Origin: a virus
Direction: 5' to 3' (one strand)
Length of the DNA stretch: 64,000 bases
Virus record (IMG/VR): IMGVR_UViG_3300045988_101454
Span: 32,001 to 96,000 of that record
Under the pieces are notes generated by a model. That model saw only the letters and a program-made list of their open reading frames with translations, ran no database searches and was not told the DNA's origin. Made by a program: the position numbers and the translations under genes. This document shows positions 54,904-63,007 of the stretch, in pieces (positions within the stretch are counted from its first letter, which is position 1; the number at the start of each line of letters is the position of its first letter).

Positions 54904-55580
54904 TATTCCTCCGGATATTTCAGATGAGTCAATTTCTTCATCATCTGCCACGTTGAATATATGCTGCGCTTGCAATCAAACACGGGGTCATGCTCCGCAC
55001 CCCTCTCCACGTCCTTATAGTCTTCCACAAGGTCGTATACCTCGCTCGGACGATAGAACACACCACGCGCATTACATATCAGTCGAGCTGCCTCGTAAAT
55101 AAATGTGCGGTGGTCACGGAAGAAGGTGTAATGTACAGGTATGTTGATATTCAACTTATAGCAGATATTACGCAAGATAGCAATGTCAAAATCCGAACCT
55201 TGCGCCCAAAGGCACACGTCCTGATTGCCATGTTCTTTTTTGAAATCTTCTATCCACTCAAAGAGGTCCTTTACAGCCACTTCGATAGGTCGGCAAGGCA
55301 ACTCATAGCTGTCATTACTTAACAACGAGGCCTTAGCTTTATCACTCTTTGCACCCCACCATTCTGCAGTCTTGCCGTCGAAAGTGAAGTTGTTGACAAA
55401 CATACTACGAAGGTCGATGTGGCAAGAGAATACACTTGAAGGATCCTGTGTACTACCATCTTTCAGATCATAAAAAGGAGACTTCTCGTTATCTCGCTGC
55501 CACGCCACGGCACCAATCGACATGACAGCCGCGGTAGGAGTCAGTGAACAAGTTTCAAAATCAAGCGTAATATCAAGCAT
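54903..55580 (-). CDS. DnaQ-like 3'-5' exonuclease
   Basis: Exo I is LDFETCS, Exo II is GSDFDIAILR and Exo III is EHDPVFDC. Confidence 0.65.
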   Translation of the reverse strand: MLDITLDFETCSLTPTAAVMSIGAVAWQRDNEKSPFYDLKDGSTQDPSSVFSCHIDLRSMFVNNFTFDGKTAEWWGAKSDKAKASLLSNDSYELPCRPIEVAVKDLFEWIEDFKKEHGNQDVCLWAQGSDFDIAILRNICYKLNINIPVHYTFFRDHRTFIYEAARLICNARGVFYRPSEVYDLVEDYKDVERGAEHDPVFDCKRSIYSTWQMMKKLTHLKYPEE

Positions 55581-55598
55581 TTTTTAGTGTATTTATAA

Positions 55599-56096
55599 TT
55601 ATTTGTTAGTTGTATAAGAAGTAAGAAGTTTTCGTATGCCTTCCTTCTCCCACGGTTTCCAGTTGTCGGTGGTAAAACGCTTTATCACTGTTGCCGCACT
55701 CATTCCTCGCTCGTTCATGTAAGCGATGAACTTGTTGCACATACCGGCGTTCACTCGTTTTAAACAAGAATAGAATATACCAGGCTCGTTGCTCTGCGCC
55801 AAGGTATATAGATACCCCTTGTCGCCCTTCACCATCTGAGGATTTTCCTCGTCCACATATTCTAACAATGGCTGCGACACATCAGTCAATAGTAAGAATT
55901 GACGTTTACACTCATCGATGCCTTCTATCTCCCATTCAGAAAATCCCTTCTGAAAGAAACGGAGATAAAAAGTGGCGAGAGTAAAGCCTTTCTTTGCCAA
56001 AGTCATATACAGAGACTTCTTGTCTTCAACCGACATGTCATCTGTCTGTAATGGTGTGTATGATTTTGTGATTTTTTCAACGATTTCCTTTGTCAT
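55599..56096 (-). CDS. Hypothetical protein (first gene of leftward replication operon)
   Basis: 165 aa ORF. Confidence 0.55.
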   Translation of the reverse strand: MTKEIVEKITKSYTPLQTDDMSVEDKKSLYMTLAKKGFTLATFYLRFFQKGFSEWEIEGIDECKRQFLLLTDVSQPLLEYVDEENPQMVKGDKGYLYTLAQSNEPGIFYSCLKRVNAGMCNKFIAYMNERGMSAATVIKRFTTDNWKPWEKEGIRKLLTSYTTNK

Positions 56097-56111
56097 CTAA
56101 TTCTTATTTCT

Positions 56112-56119
56112 TAAATTTG
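56112..56119 (+). promoter_or_regulatory. -7 box TAAATTTG, rightward (HTH gene)
   Basis: It lies back-to-back with the leftward box at 56123-56130, separated by 3 nt. Confidence 0.4.
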
Positions 56120-56122
56120 ATG

Positions 56123-56130
56123 CAAATATA
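56123..56130 (-). promoter_or_regulatory. -7 box TATATTTG, leftward (replication operon)
   Basis: Lies about 27 nt upstream of the ATG at 56096. Confidence 0.45.
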
Positions 56131-56225
56131 ATTCTTAAAATTGAAACCACCAACTCTTACTATTGGTTAAATCAATAGTTTTATATTTTTTAATGTTTAA
56201 AGATTTCACATTAACACTTATCATT

Positions 56226-56909
56226 ATGAAGTACCAGTACAATTTCTCTTTTTTAAACGAATGGCTCGAAGCCAACCCCGAGATACCAAAAGGCGAGATT
56301 CTGCAAGCTCTCGGTGCCAAGTCTAACAATCGTTTTAAGGCATGGGTGAGATGCGAGGGACCGATGCCCGTTATCAGTATGCTCCGACTCTGTAACACGT
56401 TCCAAATTCCTCTATCTGCTTTCTTCCGTGATGTCGATGCTGGCACAGAGGGCGCTGTTGTGCCTGGTATGCCTACGCCTAACGATATTCTTGAACCTAT
56501 ACAAGGCTACGCAAGTGGCACGGATGAACGGCAGCACGGAGAGCGTTCTATGCTCAACCCTCTCGATGTACGCATTACCCCATCAGTAGTGCCTGGCGTT
56601 GTTATGAAGCCAAGTGAAGCGGATGATACGCAAGAGGCTGCAAAGCCTACTGCCAGCAACGAAAACGCCGATAAGAAGAATACGAGTCTACCTACAACTG
56701 ACAATATCTGTGACACTAACCTTGCGGCTATCGTGGCATTAGAGAATAGGCACATAGAACAGCAGCATCGTCTACTCGATGTGATTGCCGAGCAACAAAA
56801 ACAGATAGCTAATCTCACTCGTATGCTCAACGAAGCAAAGCGCAACGACAATACGAACATAGGTATTAATGATGGCTATATGGTTGCCGACCACCCCACG
56901 CGCGACTGA
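56226..56909 (+). CDS. HTH (XRE-like) regulator, candidate repressor
   Basis: MKYQYNFSFLNEWLEANPEIPKGEILQALGAKSNNRFKAWVR...MLRLCNTFQIPLSAFF. It is the only plus-strand gene in this region. Confidence 0.55.
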   Translation: MKYQYNFSFLNEWLEANPEIPKGEILQALGAKSNNRFKAWVRCEGPMPVISMLRLCNTFQIPLSAFFRDVDAGTEGAVVPGMPTPNDILEPIQGYASGTDERQHGERSMLNPLDVRITPSVVPGVVMKPSEADDTQEAAKPTASNENADKKNTSLPTTDNICDTNLAAIVALENRHIEQQHRLLDVIAEQQKQIANLTRMLNEAKRNDNTNIGINDGYMVADHPTRD

Positions 56910-56923
56910 CATACAAAACAAAA

Positions 56924-56954
56924 GCGTTACCTATCCATCACGGACGGGTAACGC
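56924..56954. terminator. Bidirectional terminator hairpin
   Basis: 8-bp stem GCGTTACC/GGTAACGC. A U-run follows on the minus strand and an A-rich stretch on the plus strand. Confidence 0.6.
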
Positions 56955-57019
56955 CAAAAACTAATTTAAAACCTAAAACTAACCTAATTATTAATCACTT
57001 GCTATCTACTACTTACTGC

Positions 57020-57547
57020 TTATTTCTGTTCGTTTATGGCCGCCATCCTGCGACGGTAGAACTCTTTCTCTTCTATCTTCATGAGCGTCATGTCGGCACT
57101 TACATACGGCACATCCATATACCAGAAGCCGTGATGCAAGAACACGATGGGTGTTCTGTCGCCGAAACTCATAGGCATGGGCGTATTATCTTTCGGACTG
57201 CGCCGCGGCTGCAAACTGAGTATGCTTATCAGCTCGGTTTCGCTCACAACGGGCAGTGCTGCCATTTCCTTTTCCAAGTCTGTGCCTTCCATAGGGAAAA
57301 ACAACACGCGTCCATCGGGTGTCTCCTTTCTGTCCCATCCGTCACGCGCAGTGGTGTCGGCAAACTCCACGGCTCCCACTCCACCTGCCATGCCGTCAGG
57401 CGACTCGTAATAGTATTCTGCACCCTGCTTTTGAGCCCACTCACGTGCTGTATTCATTGCCGAGTTACAGCGGTAAAAAAAATCCTTGAGGTCGCCTCCC
57501 ATCTTTGTGTCGGCACTCACTTTGTAAAAATAATGCGGTTTCTTCAT
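57020..57547 (-). CDS. Hypothetical protein
   Basis: 175 aa ORF. Confidence 0.55.
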   Translation of the reverse strand: MKKPHYFYKVSADTKMGGDLKDFFYRCNSAMNTAREWAQKQGAEYYYESPDGMAGGVGAVEFADTTARDGWDRKETPDGRVLFFPMEGTDLEKEMAALPVVSETELISILSLQPRRSPKDNTPMPMSFGDRTPIVFLHHGFWYMDVPYVSADMTLMKIEEKEFYRRRMAAINEQK

Positions 57548-57633
57548 GTCTATAATTTTTTATGATTGTAAATTCTAAACTAAATAATTCAAAATCACCA
57601 AAGGTGACCAATTTCTAACTCCTAATTCAAAAT

Positions 57634-57930
57634 TCATCGTAGCGCAGCGTAGATGACTGGCTCTCCACATTCGTCGTCCTTCATCTTAAAGCCTCTCACA
57701 GCCAACTCCTGAAGGTACAATGCCAGCGGATCGCCTAATGGACACACCACTGCCTTAAAGTACGAGCGAAGCTGATAGTCGGTAAAAATGTCGCAGTCTT
57801 CACGCCAATGGTCCAACGGTTTGTACTTGTCGCAGAACGCCTGTATCTTGGCAGGGATAACGAAGTCCTGTAGCGTCACTTCCGGCTGCTCTAAGATTTC
57901 AACCATTCCTCTGTCTTGTCTTTTAGCCAT
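57634..57930 (-). CDS. Hypothetical protein
   Basis: 98 aa ORF. Confidence 0.5.
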   Translation of the reverse strand: MAKRQDRGMVEILEQPEVTLQDFVIPAKIQAFCDKYKPLDHWREDCDIFTDYQLRSYFKAVVCPLGDPLALYLQELAVRGFKMKDDECGEPVIYAALR

Positions 57931-58514
57931 GATAAAAATCCTAAGATATATAATAATACAAATGCCCAGAATGCAAGTTCCTTAAGAGCTTTCCACATAA
58001 AGTCTTCAAAAGAAGTGTCTTTTATCTCTTTTGTGTTCTTCTCCTTCTCCACACCAGTGCTGTCCTTCTTCGCCCAGTGGGTGCCAACATTCAACTTATT
58101 ACTCAACACAAGACTGTCTATCGTGTGCTGCATCCGCGTCATTATCTCTTCCTGATACTTCAGTCGTGCCTCGTATGTGGCATTGCGCTCATAGTCGCCC
58201 TTGCGGTGTATGGTTCGGTCGGTGGTGGTGGTCTTGTTGCCCTGGGCATCCGTGCTCTCGGTCACTCGCTCCTGGATGGTCTCCTCTCCCCTACCCTTTT
58301 CGCTTGTGATGCCGGACGTATGACTCTCGTCTGTAGCAAAAATCACGGTGCTATCAGTCTTCACGTCCGACTTCTTGACGCTATCCCTAACAACAGCCAC
58401 CGTGCTGTCCCGTCGTTCCTCACTCCTGCTACCTTCAGTCTTCCGTGATGCAGCACAACCCATGAGCATGATTACAGCCATAAGCAATAACGTAATGTTT
58501 CTGATTTTTCCCAT
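57891..58514 (-). CDS. Lipoprotein with C-terminal TM helix
   Basis: I prefer the ATG at 58512-58514. MGKIRNITLLLMAVIMLMGC is a lipobox-type signal, and the C-terminal helix is AFWAFVLLYILGFL. Confidence 0.6.
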   Translation of the reverse strand: MGKIRNITLLLMAVIMLMGCAASRKTEGSRSEERRDSTVAVVRDSVKKSDVKTDSTVIFATDESHTSGITSEKGRGEETIQERVTESTDAQGNKTTTTDRTIHRKGDYERNATYEARLKYQEEIMTRMQHTIDSLVLSNKLNVGTHWAKKDSTGVEKEKNTKEIKDTSFEDFMWKALKELAFWAFVLLYILGFLSWLKDKTEEWLKS

Positions 58515-58623
58515 ATTTATGTCTTGTTGATTTACGCCTACAAAATTAGAAAAAGTAGCTGACACAAACAGGACATAATAAAACACCGCCTACCCTATGG
58601 GAATGGGTAAGCGGTGTGAAAAA

Positions 58624-59793
58624 TCATTTATCCGATAAAGAATAATTCCATTTAACAGTCTTGCCAAACACTTTGATGGAACATTTTTTTACGTGCTTTA
58701 TAACCTCGTCGGTCAAACATCTCTCCACTTTTTCGCATTGCTCACGGCTTGCTTTTAAGAGAATAGTACTGCCATCGTAGGACACAAACCCAACCTTGCG
58801 CAGTTCGTCTCCTGCCTCGCCAACAAGCATAGCCAATAGCTGCTGCCATTCTCGCTCGCCAGGCTTCACTTCTTCAGCAAAGAGAGTGAGCTGTTGCTCC
58901 TGTTGTCTTTGTTGCATCGCATGCTGCATCTGCTCGATGGTGTCATATATTGTAAACTCTATATAAGCAGGATTACCAACCTTTCGCTTGCCATTATAGA
59001 TAGGCTCATACGACACGCATACATCAAGCAATCCGTCTTTTCGCAAACGGTTGATGTCATTGATACTCGTTTCAATGACATTCTTCTTGAACTGGGAGAA
59101 CTTAGGATAGGCTTCTTTCTTTTCTTTTCCGTCTTTTCGCGGTCGTCCCGATCTTTCGTCGGTGCCTTCGGTAATCTTGCCCAACATACCCAGATACGTT
59201 TTTATATCTAACACGGTCAAGCGCACCACCCTATGCTTCCAGTGTTCCGATTTCTTATGCAGATAATAATACATCATGGGCATACGCTCAATCTGTCCTA
59301 TTCGGGCTATATCAGCAGGATGGCGTACATATCCCTGACTCATGTCAAACACATAGTCCACGACTTCGGGATTCAGTCTGAAAGACACACCTGTACCTCC
59401 TTCAAAAGAAATATTGGCGTGCGTAAAGATATTAAAAGCCTTAACAGAAGCCTTGCCATCGCTATCCTCACTTGGAGCATCAACGGTTAAATTCAAAACC
59501 TCCTGGACAGCAGCACGCGCTACATTGTAGTTGGCTATATCCATGCCCAGCTCTGCATACGACATAACGAACTCCGGCATACCGTTGTTCTTTTCCGCTT
59601 CGGAAAAAAGGGGACGCGGCACCTTCGGGGCTTTTCGTAAGTCACTACCAAAGAAATGACGCACATAGCCCTGTAGGTGTTCGCTGACCTTAGTCAATAC
59701 CGTTTGCTGAAGCAACGACAGGTTCTTAGAGAACTTAGTGTAAGCAAAGGGCGTACTGATATATTGTTGTGGTAAATGTTTGTCTCTTTCCAT
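58624..59793 (-). CDS. Plasmid-type replication initiator (Rep)
   Basis: 389 aa, immediately downstream of the iteron array. The N-terminus (FAYTKFSKNLSLLQQTVLTKVSEHL) resembles initiator Rep wHTH proteins. Confidence 0.6.
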   Translation of the reverse strand: MERDKHLPQQYISTPFAYTKFSKNLSLLQQTVLTKVSEHLQGYVRHFFGSDLRKAPKVPRPLFSEAEKNNGMPEFVMSYAELGMDIANYNVARAAVQEVLNLTVDAPSEDSDGKASVKAFNIFTHANISFEGGTGVSFRLNPEVVDYVFDMSQGYVRHPADIARIGQIERMPMMYYYLHKKSEHWKHRVVRLTVLDIKTYLGMLGKITEGTDERSGRPRKDGKEKKEAYPKFSQFKKNVIETSINDINRLRKDGLLDVCVSYEPIYNGKRKVGNPAYIEFTIYDTIEQMQHAMQQRQQEQQLTLFAEEVKPGEREWQQLLAMLVGEAGDELRKVGFVSYDGSTILLKASREQCEKVERCLTDEVIKHVKKCSIKVFGKTVKWNYSLSDK

Positions 59794-59825
59794 AATAGAT
59801 ACTTTTATACAGTTTCGGTAAAGAA

Positions 59826-60073
59826 GTCATAATGTTTTTTACCTCAACCGCCCTTTTTAGGGGTATTTGGTCATAATGTTTTTTACCTCGCAATTTTTCT
59901 AACTGCTATAATATATAGGAGTATAAGTGCATTTTTCGTCTTCCCTAAATAAAACAAACAAAGTATTTTATTATGTTTATTTTAAATAATAGGTAAAAAA
60001 CATTATGACCTTTTCACCTCCTAATACCTTTTAAGGTAAAAAACATTATGACCTTTTCACCAAGGTAAAAAAC
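59826..60073. repeat. Iteron-type origin: 19-28 bp repeats in two inverted pairs flanking an AT-rich core
   Basis: GTCATAATGTTTTTTACCT at 59826-59844 and 59870-59888. The inverse AGGTAAAAAACATTATGAC(CTTTTCACC) is at 59991-60018 and 60034-60061, with a partial copy at 60063-60073. Spacing is 43-44 bp. Confidence 0.8.
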
Positions 60074-60085
60074 TTTAGTAGGATT

Positions 60086-60553
60086 TTACCTTACGCATTT
60101 TCTCTCTACGAACTCGTGTATCGCCTGTAACGCAAGATCCTTCAGTGTGCGACCCGTCTGTATCTTCAGCATCATAAGCTGCATATAATCGTCCATCGGC
60201 ACATTCACAACAATACCGTTTTCGGTCTTCATACCATTCAATGCAAAGCGACTTGCCGTGTTCTTGCTCTTGCGATTTTTTGTCGCTGTCACAGGCTTGT
60301 TTGTGACTTCAGTCTGCTGCTCCTTACTTTCAAGAGGAGCAGATGGTTTTGAATCTTCTTGTTGAGTGTCGGATGTTTCTGTTATGGATGTTGTTTCGTC
60401 CTGCTTATTCTCGTCTTCCGGTTTCGATGTTGCAGATGTGTTCTCTGTAGTAAGTGCATCACTATCTGCCTCCGTTTTACTCTCACTATGCTCTCTTATA
60501 TCTTCTGAAGTCTTGGCTACCTTAGTTTCGCCAAACACAAATTTTTTTGCCAT
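60086..60553 (-). CDS. ParG-like centromere-binding protein (acidic N-terminus, C-terminal ribbon-helix-helix)
   Basis: The C-terminus (VNVPMDDYMQLMMLKIQTGRTLKDLALQAIHEFVER) fits an RHH. The gene sits directly downstream of parA. Confidence 0.5.
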   Translation of the reverse strand: MAKKFVFGETKVAKTSEDIREHSESKTEADSDALTTENTSATSKPEDENKQDETTSITETSDTQQEDSKPSAPLESKEQQTEVTNKPVTATKNRKSKNTASRFALNGMKTENGIVVNVPMDDYMQLMMLKIQTGRTLKDLALQAIHEFVERKCVR

Positions 60554-60565
60554 ATCTTCAATTTT

Positions 60566-61408
60566 TTAATCCTCAGTATAAGTATCAACTATCTCTTGCG
60601 CAAAAGCCTCATAGCTCTTCGCAGCGTCACATTCAGGCGCATACGTAAAGATGTCCTGCATCATCGCCTGGGCTTCCACAATCTTTGTACGGCGCGGAAT
60701 CTCGGTCTTGAACACATACTCTCCGTATTCGTCGTCGATATGCTGCGAGAATCCGGCACTCGCCTTGGTTCGCTTATCAACCATAACTTTCAGTAGTCCG
60801 CGAAGTTCAAGGTTAGGATTAATCTCAGCCTTCACCTCCTCTGCCCAACGTATAACACTCGACGAACCGAACGTAGGCAATGCCTCAAGCTGCATTGGGA
60901 TGATAATGCCGGTAGCCACCGACATGGCGTTCTTCGTTACAAGGTTCATGGCTGGAGGGCAATCGATGATGATATAGTCGAAGGCTTCTATCACACTCTG
61001 CTCACCACCCTGCTCCTCAGTCAGCGTAACGGGGATAGCAAACAGCTTCTGTAACACCTTCAAAGGATTAAGCTCACGCAGCAAAAACGGTTCCACGCCC
61101 AACATATCCTCCGACGATGGTGCAATATACAAGTTGCCGTGATAGTCCTGCTCGTCAACACTCACCTGGTACACGGGCATGGCTGTCTTGTTCACCATAG
61201 CCTCGTACATAGTGCCGTGCTTGTCCTCACGCTCGCGCCAACCGCACAACAACGACACGTTAGCCACCTGAGCATCAAGGTCGATAATCAGTACTCTGGT
61301 TTCTGGGTTCAGCTTGATCAATCCGCAAGCCAAGTTGTGAGCTGTTGTGCTCTTACCTACTCCGCCTTTGTCGTTCACAATGGCGAGAACTTCTCTGAGT
61401 CTTTCCAT
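60566..61408 (-). CDS. parA: ParA partition ATPase
   Basis: Deviant Walker A is NDKGGVGKSTTAHNL, and DCPPA is also present. Confidence 0.9.
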   Translation of the reverse strand: MERLREVLAIVNDKGGVGKSTTAHNLACGLIKLNPETRVLIIDLDAQVANVSLLCGWREREDKHGTMYEAMVNKTAMPVYQVSVDEQDYHGNLYIAPSSEDMLGVEPFLLRELNPLKVLQKLFAIPVTLTEEQGGEQSVIEAFDYIIIDCPPAMNLVTKNAMSVATGIIIPMQLEALPTFGSSSVIRWAEEVKAEINPNLELRGLLKVMVDKRTKASAGFSQHIDDEYGEYVFKTEIPRRTKIVEAQAMMQDIFTYAPECDAAKSYEAFAQEIVDTYTED

Positions 61409-61455
61409 ATTCTTTAAGTATTTAAATGTTAATAATATCTATCTAAATACATAAG

Positions 61456-61538
61456 TACGAACATATCTAAATATCTACGAACCTACGAACGTATAAAAGT
61501 ACGAACGTATATGAATACGTAAATACGTGAGTACGTCA
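61456..61538. promoter_or_regulatory. Operator-like repeats between par promoter and parA
   Basis: TACGAAC occurs four times (61456, 61476, 61484, 61500), followed by TACGT three times (61515-61538). Confidence 0.5.
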
Positions 61539-61557
61539 GTATCTTTGTATCACGTTG

Positions 61558-61565
61558 CAAATTTA
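61558..61565 (-). promoter_or_regulatory. -7 box TAAATTTG for the par operon
   Basis: It lies within the 26-nt block shared with 27009-27035. Confidence 0.5.
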
Positions 61566-61589
61566 AGAATTATAATTCATATATCCAAA

Positions 61590-61800
61590 CTTTTTAGCCT
61601 AAATATTTATCTACCTACGTAGATAACTACCAACGTACCTATTTATTTATTTACCTATCTATATAGATAAATAAGAACGTAAATAAATAAGTAGGTATAT
61701 AAATAGGTAAATTAATACGTTTATACTTACGTATAAACGTACATACGTATATACGTAAGTACAAAAGTACTTAAATAAGAAAATATCTTAGTACGAAAGT
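61590..61800. repeat. AT-rich palindrome cluster rich in ACGTA (centromere-like)
   Basis: Contains CTACGTAG, TATCTATATAGATA, GTTTATACttacGTATAAAC and TACGTATATACGTA. Confidence 0.45.
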
Positions 61801-61881
61801 ATAGATCTGTTTCCATTCGCCATTTATCGTTATGTCCACATGCTCCTCTTCGCTCGTTCTCTCCGTTCGGATGGGCAGTAT

Positions 61882-62328
61882 TCAGTACTTGGTCTTCATT
61901 CCCGCCTTCGTCACCGTGCCATGCGGTACAAACGTGTAACAGCTGCCCGACTGACTATCCACGTACAAAATGCGCTGCTTGCTATGCCAAAAGCCTTTGG
62001 GCAAGTCGGCATACTTCAACACCTTCACAGCCTCTAATCTCGTAGGCAGTCTGTAAAGAGGATGGGCTATCAACACCGATGGGGTGGGGTAGTCGAGAAT
62101 ATAAAGATTCGTCAATGTCTTGCCGTTAGCCGACAGCGCAGCACGGCTCATTGGCATGCGCATCGGCGCGCCCATGGGCGACACACTCACGCCCATGCCG
62201 CACATAACCTTTACATGTGCCTTCCCCGGCTTCACGTTCTCCACTAAATTCTCGTTGCCGCTACTGCATGATACAATCGTCATGCCCACGGATGCAATAG
62301 CAGCCATCATCTTCAAGTTAGTTTTCAT
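61882..62328 (-). CDS. Lipoprotein
   Basis: MKTNLKMMAAIASVGMTIVSC is a signal peptide with a lipobox Cys. Confidence 0.6.
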   Translation of the reverse strand: MKTNLKMMAAIASVGMTIVSCSSGNENLVENVKPGKAHVKVMCGMGVSVSPMGAPMRMPMSRAALSANGKTLTNLYILDYPTPSVLIAHPLYRLPTRLEAVKVLKYADLPKGFWHSKQRILYVDSQSGSCYTFVPHGTVTKAGMKTKY

Positions 62329-62425
62329 AATCGTTAGGTTTTCGTTATTAAATTGATTTAGTCATCAAAAGAAACGGATGAACCCGACCTTTCTTTAACA
62401 TCGGATTCAACCGTTTCATCGGATT

Positions 62426-62653
62426 TCACCCTACAAGCGACCTTACCAGGTTTTCGCCCTTCTCCGTCAGCTCGTACACGTCCTCGCCGAACATACTCTG
62501 AAACCACGTCTCAAGATACCCTGCTTCCACGAGTTCCTCCAGTTCCGGACACGCTGGCTTCCCGTCTACACGTCGATAACCCGCAAAACCTTTCTTCTGA
62601 ATGTGCTTCAATGTTGCAATCTGACTCTTTGAAAATTTCTCTGTTTCTACCAT
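62426..62653 (-). CDS. Small protein, possible winged-helix
   Basis: 75 aa. The fold guess is by eye only. Confidence 0.45.
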   Translation of the reverse strand: MVETEKFSKSQIATLKHIQKKGFAGYRRVDGKPACPELEELVEAGYLETWFQSMFGEDVYELTEKGENLVRSLVG

Positions 62654-62707
62654 AATTCTATAAAGTTTAAAATATTAATAATGTGTAAATATTATTGATG
62701 ATACCAT

Positions 62708-62989
62708 TTATTCTTCTTCTGCAATCAAATCATCAAGATACTCATCTGCATCCAACCATAACTCATAAGTATTGGTATTTGGGCGAGGAGACTTCTGATA
62801 TTCTTCATCAGAGATATATCCCTGCTGCTTCAAATTTTCAATACGCTGTTGAGCTTCTTCCTCTGTGAAAAACTCGTTGTCTGTCACGTCGTTCTTCTCA
62901 CGGTCGTTCACAATATAATGACCGCATCCATAAAATGTAGTATAGATAATGGAGTGTGCTCCATATTGTTTTGTTTCTTCGTATGTCAT
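62708..62989 (-). CDS. Hypothetical acidic protein
   Basis: 93 aa ORF. Confidence 0.5.
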   Translation of the reverse strand: MTYEETKQYGAHSIIYTTFYGCGHYIVNDREKNDVTDNEFFTEEEAQQRIENLKQQGYISDEEYQKSPRPNTNTYELWLDADEYLDDLIAEEE

Positions 62990-63007
62990 AATATGTAATC
63001 TTTAAAG

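Noticed and set aside
59826-60073. Possible CRISPR array, given regularly spaced direct repeats.
   Set aside because: There are only 2+2(+1) copies, in two inverted orientations around an AT-rich core and directly upstream of a Rep gene. That is iteron-origin architecture, and no cas genes are present.
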